From NCBI GenBank assembly GCA_048939995.1, contig JBHLOY010000002.1, positions 1 to 64,000 of the forward strand: a stretch of 64,000 nucleotides of DNA, given 5' to 3'. The translations under genes and the position numbers were made by a program. The stretch is from Promethearchaeota archaeon. Its GTDB lineage: Archaea; Asgardarchaeota; Lokiarchaeia; Sigyniarchaeales; SOKP01. The notes under the pieces were generated by a model. That model ran no database searches. It was not told the origin of the DNA and was given only the letters and a program-made list of their open reading frames with translations. The first letter of the stretch is position 1. Each line of letters starts with the position of its first letter. This document shows positions 19,563-29,353 of the stretch, piece by piece.

Positions 19563-21311
19563 ATGATTGACTTTGGAATTGAAGAAATTAATATTGAGCA
19601 ACACGAAGATTTCCATATTTTAAAATTACCAGAGTTAACTGAGGAGGAAATAAAGATTGTTGATCCTATTGTTGCTCCCACTTCTGGATTGAGAATTCAG
19701 ATTTTCGATATTAAAGAGGTTGATGGTCAAAAAAAATATATTCTACCTAAACGTAAACTATTTCTATTTTTGCGAGTTTTCAAAGCAATCAGTCAAAAAT
19801 TTAAAAAAATAAACAAAGAGAAAGACCTAAAGATTTTAATCGTTACAGATGACCGTCCAAGCAAAAAAATCCTCCTGACATATTGTTCTCAAATATTTTC
19901 TTATGACGGTTATCAAATTTATTATCAAGTTGATGAACTTGGAGACTCTAGAGTATCATCACCTTATGGTGCGGCTTCAGTAGCCTTATTTGAGGATATT
20001 AAATTAATTATAGTTTTAACAGCTTCCCATAATGATTTATCATGGAATGGTATAAAATTTTATATTGAATACCCAATACCTATTTCAGGGGATTTATTCA
20101 AGGATATTTCAAAGATGGCCATAAAATTAAAGGAAATCCCTCTTAAACCCTACTTTAAGCCTATTTCTATTGATGCTGAACAAAAGAATAATGAATATGT
20201 AATATCTATTCTATCTAAAATTATTGAAATAACAAGCCTAAAAAATAAAAACATTGTAATTTGGCCATATTTGGGAAAAGCAAGAGGAATAGTCAACTTG
20301 TTTAAACAATTAGGTGCAAATGTGACTGTTATTGAAGAAGTGATTGATCCTCCTAACCCAATTAAAGAGGTTAGAGAAGAAAAATTACAAAAAATTATGA
20401 CTGAAACTCATTCCAATCTGGCTTTACTTCTCGATGCTGATCGTGATCGAATTGCATTATATGTAAAACAACACGGACAGTATTTTATTTACATTCCAAA
20501 CGAAATCTATTCAGCAATGCATAATATTTTAGCTAAAGAATTCAACAAAAAAATAATCAATGTTAGAACTATTCCTACTGATCCAAGAGGAGATGAAACA
20601 AGTCTTTTAAATATTTTGACTGGTGTAGGTTATAAACATTTAGGAGTGATCTTATATTTTCTACTTGGAATCAAAGTAGATAAATCTAAAGTAGATACAG
20701 CAATTCTTTATTTTGAGGATGAAAATAACGAATTAGTAAAAATTGATAATCCTAAACCACTTAAGAAGAGATTTTCTCAACTTATAAATAAAAAAGGGAT
20801 AATTGATGAGGAGTTTATGGTTGTTATGTGGGAAGAATCTGGCGGGCATACTTTAAATATTTTAAAAGCGAGGAAAAAGGAACATACTGATATTATTGAA
20901 TTTTACTCTGAATTTCCAATAATTGCTGATAAATATCCTGTACCCGCATTAGTACTTGCTGCGGAACTAATTTCAAGAGGTTTTGTGCTATCAGAATCGA
21001 TAGATTGGTCTATAGTAGGAATTAATCGTACAATTCCCGCTATCGATGAAGAAAAAGTCCGAATAATGAACAATTTCGAACAAAACGATGGTAAAACTAT
21101 TTCCATAGCAAATAAAGACTATAAAGTTCAAGCATTATCCGATAATAATCAATTAATTGATATTTATCAGTTAAAGAGTGAAGATTCTACATTGTATTTT
21201 AGACCTAGTGGTACTGGTCCTGATGTTAGATTTTATATTTTTGGAAAAAGAAACACTCATCTTAATGAGATTAAAACAGTACAGAATTACATAAAAGAAA
21301 ACTATGCTTAG
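19563..21311 (+). CDS. Phosphoglucomutase/phosphomannomutase family
   Basis: TASHN phosphoserine motif, DADRDR metal loop, EESG, RPSGT. Confidence 0.88.
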   Translation: MIDFGIEEINIEQHEDFHILKLPELTEEEIKIVDPIVAPTSGLRIQIFDIKEVDGQKKYILPKRKLFLFLRVFKAISQKFKKINKEKDLKILIVTDDRPSKKILLTYCSQIFSYDGYQIYYQVDELGDSRVSSPYGAASVALFEDIKLIIVLTASHNDLSWNGIKFYIEYPIPISGDLFKDISKMAIKLKEIPLKPYFKPISIDAEQKNNEYVISILSKIIEITSLKNKNIVIWPYLGKARGIVNLFKQLGANVTVIEEVIDPPNPIKEVREEKLQKIMTETHSNLALLLDADRDRIALYVKQHGQYFIYIPNEIYSAMHNILAKEFNKKIINVRTIPTDPRGDETSLLNILTGVGYKHLGVILYFLLGIKVDKSKVDTAILYFEDENNELVKIDNPKPLKKRFSQLINKKGIIDEEFMVVMWEESGGHTLNILKARKKEHTDIIEFYSEFPIIADKYPVPALVLAAELISRGFVLSESIDWSIVGINRTIPAIDEEKVRIMNNFEQNDGKTISIANKDYKVQALSDNNQLIDIYQLKSEDSTLYFRPSGTGPDVRFYIFGKRNTHLNEIKTVQNYIKENYA

Positions 21312-21362
21312 TTTCATGGAAAGTCTTCTTAATCAAAAACAACTAAAATAAAGAGCATTATT

Positions 21363-22544
21363 ATGATAATAGATGAAAATCGAATAAGAAATAACTTAGA
21401 AATATTTACTTTTCCGAGGTTATCAGGAACAATTCATGAAAAAAAAGCTTTTAGCCTTGCCAAGAAAAAAATTGAAGAAATGGGCTTAATTCCTGAAATT
21501 CAAACCTTTAAATTTTCAACTTTTTATTCACGAATTTATCCTAAAATAGCGTTTCCTCTTACTTTTTGGATATTACTTACTCTGTTTTTAAATTTAAGTT
21601 CACTATTTGTGTTGATTAGTTTACTTTCTACTATTATCGCTTTCTTTCCCTTTTTTCTAATAACCAGAAATCCAGAAAATATTAAAATTGGTAAAATATT
21701 TGAATCTCAAAATCTTTATGTAAAGATAAAATCAAATTCCTCACAATTACCATCTAATAATGATAATGAAGACTATAATATTTTTTTCATAGCACACATA
21801 GATTCAAAAGGCCAGCGAATTACAGCAAGAACAAGAGGATTAAATATATTTTTATTTACAATATCTATATTTGGAATTACAGTGATATTAATCTTAAGGA
21901 CTTTTTTAGCTCTGTTTTATATGCTTTTAAATATCTTAGCAATGATTTTGCTTTCAATAAATTTAATCGCAACATTAATTTTAACTTCTAACACTACTAA
22001 TAATAAATCTAAGGGGGCTGTTGACGATGCTTCAGGTATAGCTTGTGTCTTAGAGCTATTAAACTACTTTTCCGCAATAAAAAAAAATAATAATAATTAT
22101 AACCTTTGGTTTGTACTAACAGGAGCAGAAGAATCAGGGACTATGGGAATTCGAAATTTTTATAAAATAATAAATAATATTAACCGGAAAAAGTCAATTG
22201 TTAACAATTTTGAATCTTTAGGAAAAAGCGTTAATGCTGTTATCAGTAAAAATTCTCTTAACAATAACTTAAGTTACTATAATTTCTTTAAAAAAAAAGG
22301 AAAAGAATATAGAATTAACACATTCATCAATCCAATTTCTCGAGGTATTCATACTGATGGAATCTATTTAAGTCGAAAAAATTTTAACCTTTTCGAATAT
22401 GGGAGCTCTGAGGTAGGTAGGTTTATGCATTCTGAGCATGATTCACTGGAAAATGTGGATGTTTCGTTATTGAAAAAGCTCTGTGAGTTTATTATAACCA
22501 CATTAGAATACTTTGATAATTCAGGCTCTAAATTTAATGAATAA
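21363..22544 (+). CDS. Membrane-bound M28-family peptidase
   Basis: AHIDS, GAVDDASG, GAEE, HSEHD; TM segments. Confidence 0.8.
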   Translation: MIIDENRIRNNLEIFTFPRLSGTIHEKKAFSLAKKKIEEMGLIPEIQTFKFSTFYSRIYPKIAFPLTFWILLTLFLNLSSLFVLISLLSTIIAFFPFFLITRNPENIKIGKIFESQNLYVKIKSNSSQLPSNNDNEDYNIFFIAHIDSKGQRITARTRGLNIFLFTISIFGITVILILRTFLALFYMLLNILAMILLSINLIATLILTSNTTNNKSKGAVDDASGIACVLELLNYFSAIKKNNNNYNLWFVLTGAEESGTMGIRNFYKIINNINRKKSIVNNFESLGKSVNAVISKNSLNNNLSYYNFFKKKGKEYRINTFINPISRGIHTDGIYLSRKNFNLFEYGSSEVGRFMHSEHDSLENVDVSLLKKLCEFIITTLEYFDNSGSKFNE

Positions 22545-22657
22545 AAAGTGAATATTCCATCAAAAAGAGTTGAAAGATTATTATCTAAACTTTAATTACA
22601 ATAGAAAATTTAGACTACATAATATAATTCTTTCAAACTTAACATGATTAATTAAAC

Positions 22658-23962
22658 TTGAGTAAAATGAAAATGCAAGAGAAAATTATTGATGATAAAA
22701 TTCATGAAAAAATGACATTGGAAAATGTATTTAAAATTTTTAATGATAATGTCTTTCCGATGTTGAATGATGAGGAAAAGGAGTACTGTAAAGAACTTCA
22801 GAATTTTTGTTTGGAGCTCCATCCAAAAATAGATAAATCTAAAGATGTGTATGAATTATTTCCAGAATTAGGAAAACATGGTTATTTACAACGAATAAAT
22901 GAGTGGAGAGATTTTACTCCATATGGAATGAAAAAAGAAATTTTATTGGGAACCCATCTCTCCTTATTAGACCCCCAACTTGAACTGGCAAGATTAGCAA
23001 GTGGAATATTGGCAGGAAACCCCACATTTCATTACTATACCCATGGTGGCACTGGAGATACTATACAAAAAGTTCAGGATGAGCTTATGTCTGGTCGAAA
23101 GATTGGGTGCATTGGAATAACGGAACCTGCAAGAGGTTCTGATGCAGTCAACATGACTACTATTTGTACAAAAACCGATGATGGAGTCATTTACAATGGT
23201 GAGAAAGTATATACCACTAATGGTCCTAAAGCAGATTATTTTTGTTGCTATGGAGTTTACGACGAAGCTCAGCCAAGAGACACAATGGTGCAAGCTATGA
23301 TAAAACGTGAATTTGGAGTTCGAACAGAGCGTCTAAAAATTAATTCAGTTCCTCGTGTGCATATTGCTCATACCATTTTAAACAATGTAAAAGTCCCAAA
23401 AGATTATGTTTTAGCTGATGATGGATTAGGATATGTAAGATTATTTGAAGGATTAGTTCCTGAACGATTAGGTATAGTGAATTAAGCAATTTCTGCTTTC
23501 ACGCTTAAAATGGGTTCAGGAATAGGTATTTGTTGGGCAGGATTAATATATGGGATTATCTATACTAACCTAAGGCAACAATTTGGAAAACCAGTTATCA
23601 GATATCAAGGTGTAGGCTATGGATTAGCAGATTTGCTTACAAAATCAACTGCCGCAACAAGTTTAGCACTTCAGGCAGCAACTATCTATGATGAAAAAAT
23701 CCTTTTTGCTGATAAACCTTCAAAAGATGCAGAGAAATGGTGCGCTGCAATTTCTTCGCAGGGAAAGTATTATACAGCAAAGCTTACACACGATATTTGT
23801 TATGAAGTACAACAGCATATGGGGGGAGTTTCTGTAACAGATAATACCCCTGTGGATGAGTTAACGGATGTAAGCAAAATTGAAGAAGTCATTGGTGGGG
23901 CAAGAAATATACAACTACTCTTAATTCAATCCCAGATTCAAAGATTTCTAAGATTAATATAA
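22658..23962 (+). CDS. Acyl-CoA dehydrogenase interrupted by a 33-nt BHB intron (join 22658..23475, 23509..23962; about 423 aa)
   Basis: ORFs 22658-23485 and 23510-23962 are in the same frame and are the N- and C-terminal halves of one ACAD (ITEPARGSD, GEKVYTTNG, ERL, RQQFGKP, QHMGG); removing the intron gives ERLGIMGSGIG. Confidence 0.88.
23476..23508 (+). other. Putative BHB-type mRNA intron (33 nt)
   Basis: Central helix AGGU(23470-73)/GCUU(23503-06); bulges AUA(23474-76) and AAA(23507-09); intron stem GUGA/UCAC plus AAGCA/UGCUU; exon stem UUCCUGAAC(23457-65)/GUUCAGGAA(23514-22); contains in-frame UAA. Confidence 0.8.
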
Positions 23963-23985
23963 TTATCAATAAATTTTTTTATTTT

Positions 23986-25716
23986 TTAATAGTTTTTCCA
24001 CCAAGAAATATCTAATTCATAATTTTCTTGAGAAATTGGATAAATCGCAGCTAATTTTTCGAGTTCTATCCTTGCTTCTTTTGCTATCTTTTCTAATTTG
24101 ATTAAAAAGAAGTCATCTGAAAACGCTTCTTTCATAGTTCCAATGGCATCATAAAAGTTTTCTAAATAATTTCCGTAATATTTCATGTATCTACAAAATT
24201 TTTTAGCATTCATAATTTTTACATTCTTTTTATATGGAATCACGTTCTTTTTTAGAATTGCCTCTGATTCATCAATATTTAAAGCTACAATAATTAACTG
24301 TCTATTTAATGATTGATAACCTTTTTTACATTTATGATAAAACACTCTTTTTTTAGTAGAGATAGTATAGTCAATATTTATAATATCAAATGATGATTTA
24401 ATAATTACATTATCCACAGAAGTCAAACTACCATTAAATCGATTTGGCATTACCTCAAAATATCCTTTTATATCATGATTTAATGTATAATCAATAAAGA
24501 TGTATTCTAAAATCCAGTGTATATATTTTCCTATGAGATAATGTCTTTCTGAATTATCATTGTAAAATTTTATAACCCAAGATTTGAATTTCCAACCTTT
24601 TTCTTGAAACAAAGATTTCATTCTATTTTTTATAGTTGTTGGATCTGGACCTTCTCCAAAATTTTCCTCTAAATAATCACTTACAGCTGTAAAATTACCT
24701 AATTCTTCATACAGGGATTTCCATTCTTTTACTTCTTCATTACTATATAGTCCAACCTTTTTATTATCTTCAACCCACATATCAAAGTCCAATCCTCTAA
24801 ATTGGAATTCTTCTTTTAATCTCCTTTTAATATTTTTAGAATCAGGAGATTGACCTGTATTTCGATTTAAGAAATTGCTGATTGCTAAGAAACTCCCGAA
24901 TTCTTCGAATAGTTTAATCCATAATTCTAAATCACTCTTATCGTACTTAAAGCGTCCTTTAGAATACTTCTCTTCCCATTCGTCGAAATCCCACCCCTCC
25001 TTATTAGCTAGCTGAAAAATATGATTTTTTAGAACATGATGATCTATACTAATAACATTTTCTACAGCACGATAAGAACCCCATTGTTCATATAATTTCT
25101 TCCATTCTTTGGCATCAGAAAAATTATAATTTGGTAAAAAATAATTTGGGTTAACTCTTTTAAAATAAGCTTTCCAAGAACCGAAATCTCTACCTTCACT
25201 TACTAATTTTTCTTTAATCCTAATTGCTATTGTCTTATAATCAGGACTCTTTTTATTGTTATTAGCTAATATTCGAGAAATTTCTAAGAAACTCCCTACT
25301 TTTTCGTACATACTTATCCATACATTGACTTCTGAATCTTTATAATGAAATCCTCTCTGATATTTTTTGTATTTGTTAAACCATTTATTAAAATCTCTCC
25401 CTTCTTGTTGAAACTTATTCTCTAAATTTCTTTTTAATTTTCTTCGCTCAATGTGATAACCATCATTTTCCAGTTTTCTACATACTGCTCTAATACTTCC
25501 TTGATCCTCATACAAAGATTCAGAATGTTTTAAAAAATCAAGATTATATTCATTATCATAAAATGATCGCATTAAATTAGAACCGCATTTATAACAAAAA
25601 TAGTTACCATCATTTTCCCCATAAATTTCTTTAATTTTAGAGGAGAAGATATTCCAACCACATTTTTTGCAGTGGAAGATTGGTGGTTTATCAGTATATT
25701 CTTTATACATAGTCAA
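23986..25716 (-). CDS. Zn-ribbon + five approximately 60-aa helical repeats + putative PD-(D/E)xK-like C-terminal domain
   Basis: CKKC...CYKC; repeated W-x-x-[LM]-[YF]E-x-x-G[SN][FY] ... G-x-[DK]F-x-x-W units; C-terminal VDNVII...NIDYT. Confidence 0.65.
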   Translation of the reverse strand: MTMYKEYTDKPPIFHCKKCGWNIFSSKIKEIYGENDGNYFCYKCGSNLMRSFYDNEYNLDFLKHSESLYEDQGSIRAVCRKLENDGYHIERRKLKRNLENKFQQEGRDFNKWFNKYKKYQRGFHYKDSEVNVWISMYEKVGSFLEISRILANNNKKSPDYKTIAIRIKEKLVSEGRDFGSWKAYFKRVNPNYFLPNYNFSDAKEWKKLYEQWGSYRAVENVISIDHHVLKNHIFQLANKEGWDFDEWEEKYSKGRFKYDKSDLELWIKLFEEFGSFLAISNFLNRNTGQSPDSKNIKRRLKEEFQFRGLDFDMWVEDNKKVGLYSNEEVKEWKSLYEELGNFTAVSDYLEENFGEGPDPTTIKNRMKSLFQEKGWKFKSWVIKFYNDNSERHYLIGKYIHWILEYIFIDYTLNHDIKGYFEVMPNRFNGSLTSVDNVIIKSSFDIINIDYTISTKKRVFYHKCKKGYQSLNRQLIIVALNIDESEAILKKNVIPYKKNVKIMNAKKFCRYMKYYGNYLENFYDAIGTMKEAFSDDFFLIKLEKIAKEARIELEKLAAIYPISQENYELDISWWKNY

Positions 25717-25833
25717 AATCTAAATTTGAAAAAACTTACTGAATAGTGTAAGTTGTTATATTTAAATAAAAAAAATAATGAGTATCTCAAAACAGAGAAT
25801 TATAGCTTTTAACCAATTTAAATGAGAACAAAA

Positions 25834-27024
25834 TTATTTTTTCATCTTTACAAAATCTCCAGATTTCATTAATTCACAAGGTTTAAGATAATTTTTTCCA
25901 GTCCTTTCTGCAATATCTTTGAGCAGTATGGACCATTTATTAAAATTATGTACTCCCACACTAAATGGACCGGGCATATTGGTTCCTTTTAATATAACAT
26001 CATCAATGATTTTGTAACCAGCAATAATTCCTTCTTCCAGAAGCTTGCAACCTTCATTTAATTCAATGGCTAAATTGATTTCAGGATCAAATAAACCTGC
26101 TTTTTTGCTCAAATTTATTTTCGGAGTTCCTTTCGTCCAATCATAAAAACCTTTTCCCGTTTTTTTTCCTAAATTTCCTTCTGCTACGAGTTTAGTAAGT
26201 ACTTTACCAGGAGCAAAATCAGAAGATATGTATGTTTCATAACTCTTCATGCTATTATAACTAACATCTATTCCAAGATAATCAGTTAATTGACATGGAC
26301 CCATTGAAACTAGCGGTCCTGCTCCAGCATCAGCATCAATCTGCTCCCATGGAATGTTCATTTCATATGCTTTGTCGAAAATCCAATTTGTATAAATCGT
26401 TGTAGGGATTAATAATCTATTAGCAATAAATCCTGGACTCTCTTTTTCAATTCGTACTGAAAGCCTTTTTCTTTTAACGCAAGGTAATTTTTCACCAAGG
26501 GCTACACACATATCTAGAACTTCATCAGAAGTTTTTTCTCCTTTCATTACTTCAACACAACATTGAATAGCTACTGGTGGAAAAAAGTGCATACCAATAA
26601 CCTTATCAGGTCTTTTTGAATCTTCTGCAATGTCAGTTATTCTAAAGGTTGATGTATTTGAGGCAAAAACACAATGGGGAGGTGAATGTTGCATAACTAC
26701 ATTACATACTTTTTTTTTAATCTCCATCTTCTCCACTACCGCCTCAAAGACAAAGTCAGCATCTTTGACTGCAGATGGTAAATCAATAGATTTTGTACAT
26801 TTTTTCATTAGATCACTAACGAGAATACCTTCTCCCATGTTTCCCTTAATTTTAACTTTTTCCAAGCCTTCATGAATCTTTATTAACCCATTCTCTACGA
26901 TTTTCTCATTTAAATCGATTAGAGTGACGTAATAATCTGCCATTAAGGACACCTGAGCAATTCCTTGGCCCATCACACCTGCCCCAACCACACAAACGTT
27001 TCTGATATTATTAATATCTAACAT
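25834..27024 (-). CDS. 3-hydroxyacyl-CoA dehydrogenase
   Basis: GAGVMGQG, EAVVE, ASNTS, GMHFF, PGFIANR, GKKTGKGFY. Confidence 0.9.
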   Translation of the reverse strand: MLDINNIRNVCVVGAGVMGQGIAQVSLMADYYVTLIDLNEKIVENGLIKIHEGLEKVKIKGNMGEGILVSDLMKKCTKSIDLPSAVKDADFVFEAVVEKMEIKKKVCNVVMQHSPPHCVFASNTSTFRITDIAEDSKRPDKVIGMHFFPPVAIQCCVEVMKGEKTSDEVLDMCVALGEKLPCVKRKRLSVRIEKESPGFIANRLLIPTTIYTNWIFDKAYEMNIPWEQIDADAGAGPLVSMGPCQLTDYLGIDVSYNSMKSYETYISSDFAPGKVLTKLVAEGNLGKKTGKGFYDWTKGTPKINLSKKAGLFDPEINLAIELNEGCKLLEEGIIAGYKIIDDVILKGTNMPGPFSVGVHNFNKWSILLKDIAERTGKNYLKPCELMKSGDFVKMKK

Positions 27025-27096
27025 TGGTTAATAAAATGATATTATTTCTATTATTCTTTAAATGTATAAGTCAAGTACTAGTTAATTATTAAAAAA

Positions 27097-28401
27097 TTAG
27101 TTATTTAATGCTGAATTCAACTGATTCAGAGCATTGAAAACATAATCTTCGATTTCTTCTTCTGTATGAGGTGGTTTATAGTAATGGAAGTGGAAATGAA
27201 TCCTATTTTCAATAGTAAAAACTGCTAAAACAAGAGCATTTAAAATTCCCGGGGAGACTCCACCATATATATTCTCGACTATAAAGTTATCAGATCTTAA
27301 TAAAATATTGAATTTATCTAAGGATCCAAGATTAGTAACTCCAAAAGGTTGACTTTTACTAGCTAATTCAAGATATATGGGTCCAATCTCCTTAATGGCT
27401 TTCAATGGAACTACTCTCGAAATTGTTTGGAAAACTTTAAACACACTTTTGTTTCGTAGATTTTTATTTAACTTTTTATGATACTTTTTAGCGTTTTTCC
27501 AAAAACCTTGTTGATTTTTATATTTTTTTTTAATAAGCAATCCACCAGCAAAACAACCTACTGATTGACCCACATTATATGCTAGTCTCTTCCTCAAATT
27601 AACAGGATTATTAATAATCGGAAAATCTGGGAGAAAAAGCGTACATAATGCGCTATGCACAGTTATCTTCTTTTCCTTGCATTTATTAATTAATGCCTGA
27701 GATTGAATATCACTTAAAATCCAAGCATAAGTCATAAACTTCTTATTTGTAAAATCTTCAATTATTAATTCTTCTTGCACCTTATGGCCTTTTACCAATC
27801 TTTGTTTCAATCTATAAATTTTTACAAATCTTTTGAGAAACCATACATCTCTGTAATATTTTCTTGGAGTCTTAGGTATTGCTTTCTGAATTTCTGGAGG
27901 TAAGATATCTTCTAAATCTTTTACTAATTCCTGTGTTTTAACTTTTAAATTCGGTTTATTCATAAATTCAATAATATCTTTAAAAAGGAATACCATTGAC
28001 ATGCCATCAGCTATTACATGCTGCATAGTTATAATTAAATCAAATTTTTCCTTTGAGATCAAAACTTTTACGCGTATTAAAGGAACTGAGCAATCTATTC
28101 CTGTTTCAAATGGAGTTATAAATTCTTTTTCAATAATTTTTTTATATTGTTCCTCTTCAGATCTATGCGTAATTTCTAATGGAATTTTACCGATTTTCTC
28201 CCAAATTAGATAAGGATGTTGATTTTCATCCACAATCAATTGAGCTTGAAGTAAAGGATGCTTTTGTTGAATCTTATCCAATGCATTCCTTAATATTGCC
28301 TCTTGAATATCACCTTTAATTGTAGTTGACATCGAGATATTGTAAGGTTGACCTAACGTCCAATTTAGATATTCCAATTCATTTAGTTTTCGTTTATGCA
28401 T
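27097..28401 (-). CDS. Condensation-domain / CoA-dependent acyltransferase (PapA5/AATase-like)
   Basis: QHVIADG (HxxxDG), PVNLR, VTNLG. Confidence 0.75.
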   Translation of the reverse strand: MHKRKLNELEYLNWTLGQPYNISMSTTIKGDIQEAILRNALDKIQQKHPLLQAQLIVDENQHPYLIWEKIGKIPLEITHRSEEEQYKKIIEKEFITPFETGIDCSVPLIRVKVLISKEKFDLIITMQHVIADGMSMVFLFKDIIEFMNKPNLKVKTQELVKDLEDILPPEIQKAIPKTPRKYYRDVWFLKRFVKIYRLKQRLVKGHKVQEELIIEDFTNKKFMTYAWILSDIQSQALINKCKEKKITVHSALCTLFLPDFPIINNPVNLRKRLAYNVGQSVGCFAGGLLIKKKYKNQQGFWKNAKKYHKKLNKNLRNKSVFKVFQTISRVVPLKAIKEIGPIYLELASKSQPFGVTNLGSLDKFNILLRSDNFIVENIYGGVSPGILNALVLAVFTIENRIHFHFHYYKPPHTEEEIEDYVFNALNQLNSALNN

Positions 28402-28462
28402 AGTAGAATCCAGCTGGTTATGTAATTGAAATTAACAATCCATATTTCGGGTTAAGTTTAAT

Positions 28463-29296
28463 TTGGCTATTATATTTAAGCATTGTGTAAGGTTAATTAT
28501 ATCATTTTTTATTAGAAAATTTTTAGATATAGAGTTGAAAAAGAAAATAATATTAATTGCTCATCGAGGAGCAAGTAATACTGCTCCTGAAAATACTTTA
28601 AAAGCGTTTACAATGGCTATTGAATTAGATGCAGATTATATTGAATTTGATGTAAGAATATCTAAAGATGGGGAGCTGATAATTATTCACGACCCAGATG
28701 TGTTCCGCACGACTCATAAACTTGGATTTGTGAAACAATTTTCTTTAAACAAAATTAAAAAATTAAATGCTGGAAATGGAGAGAAAATACCTACTTTAGA
28801 GGAATTACTGATTGAAACTAAAGGAAAAATTAATTATATGTGTGAGATAAAAGTTAAGAACATCTCTGGAAAAGTATTAAGTATTTTAAAAAACCATAAT
28901 GTCTTAGATTCAACAATTTTAATTTCATTTAAACATAACGAACTTTTAAAAAGTCGAAATATGTATCCTGATTTGAAATTGGGAGCAATAATACCTTCAA
29001 GATTAGGATGGATTACAAACTGGTTTATAAAAAAAAGACTCATCTCATCAATAAGTCAAAAAAGTTTTTTTTCCATCAACGCATTTTTCCCATTGGTTAA
29101 TAGGAAATTTGTAGATTTTTCTCATGAGAAGGGTCTTAAAGTTTTTGCTTGGACAGTAAATTCAAAAAGAAAGATGAAGAAATTAATTAAATTGGGGATT
29201 GATGGAATTTTGACAAATGATATTAGCCTTTTAAAGGATGCTTTGAATGAATTCACTGATATCAGAAATAAAAATAAAGATGTCTTAAATGATTAG
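28463..29296 (+). CDS. Glycerophosphodiester phosphodiesterase (true start probably near 28534)
   Basis: IAHRGAS..APENT, IEFDV, IPTLEE, AWTVN, GIDGILTN. Confidence 0.9.
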   Translation: MAIIFKHCVRLIISFFIRKFLDIELKKKIILIAHRGASNTAPENTLKAFTMAIELDADYIEFDVRISKDGELIIIHDPDVFRTTHKLGFVKQFSLNKIKKLNAGNGEKIPTLEELLIETKGKINYMCEIKVKNISGKVLSILKNHNVLDSTILISFKHNELLKSRNMYPDLKLGAIIPSRLGWITNWFIKKRLISSISQKSFFSINAFFPLVNRKFVDFSHEKGLKVFAWTVNSKRKMKKLIKLGIDGILTNDISLLKDALNEFTDIRNKNKDVLND

Positions 29297-29353
29297 TATT
29301 AAATGGTTACTTGGTATAATATATCTAGAAAAATAATAGTTTAAATATGAAAA

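Noticed and set aside
23483-23485. Stop-codon recoding (Sec/Pyl/readthrough) at the ACAD and PTP internal stops
   Set aside because: Both stops are UAA, not UGA/UAG, and readthrough would leave 11 or 7 extra residues in conserved motifs, breaking the C-x5-R spacing in the PTP.
23477-23509. Spliceosomal-type GT...AG intron
   Set aside because: One register starts with GT but ends in AA, the second intron has neither end, and BHB geometry explains both.
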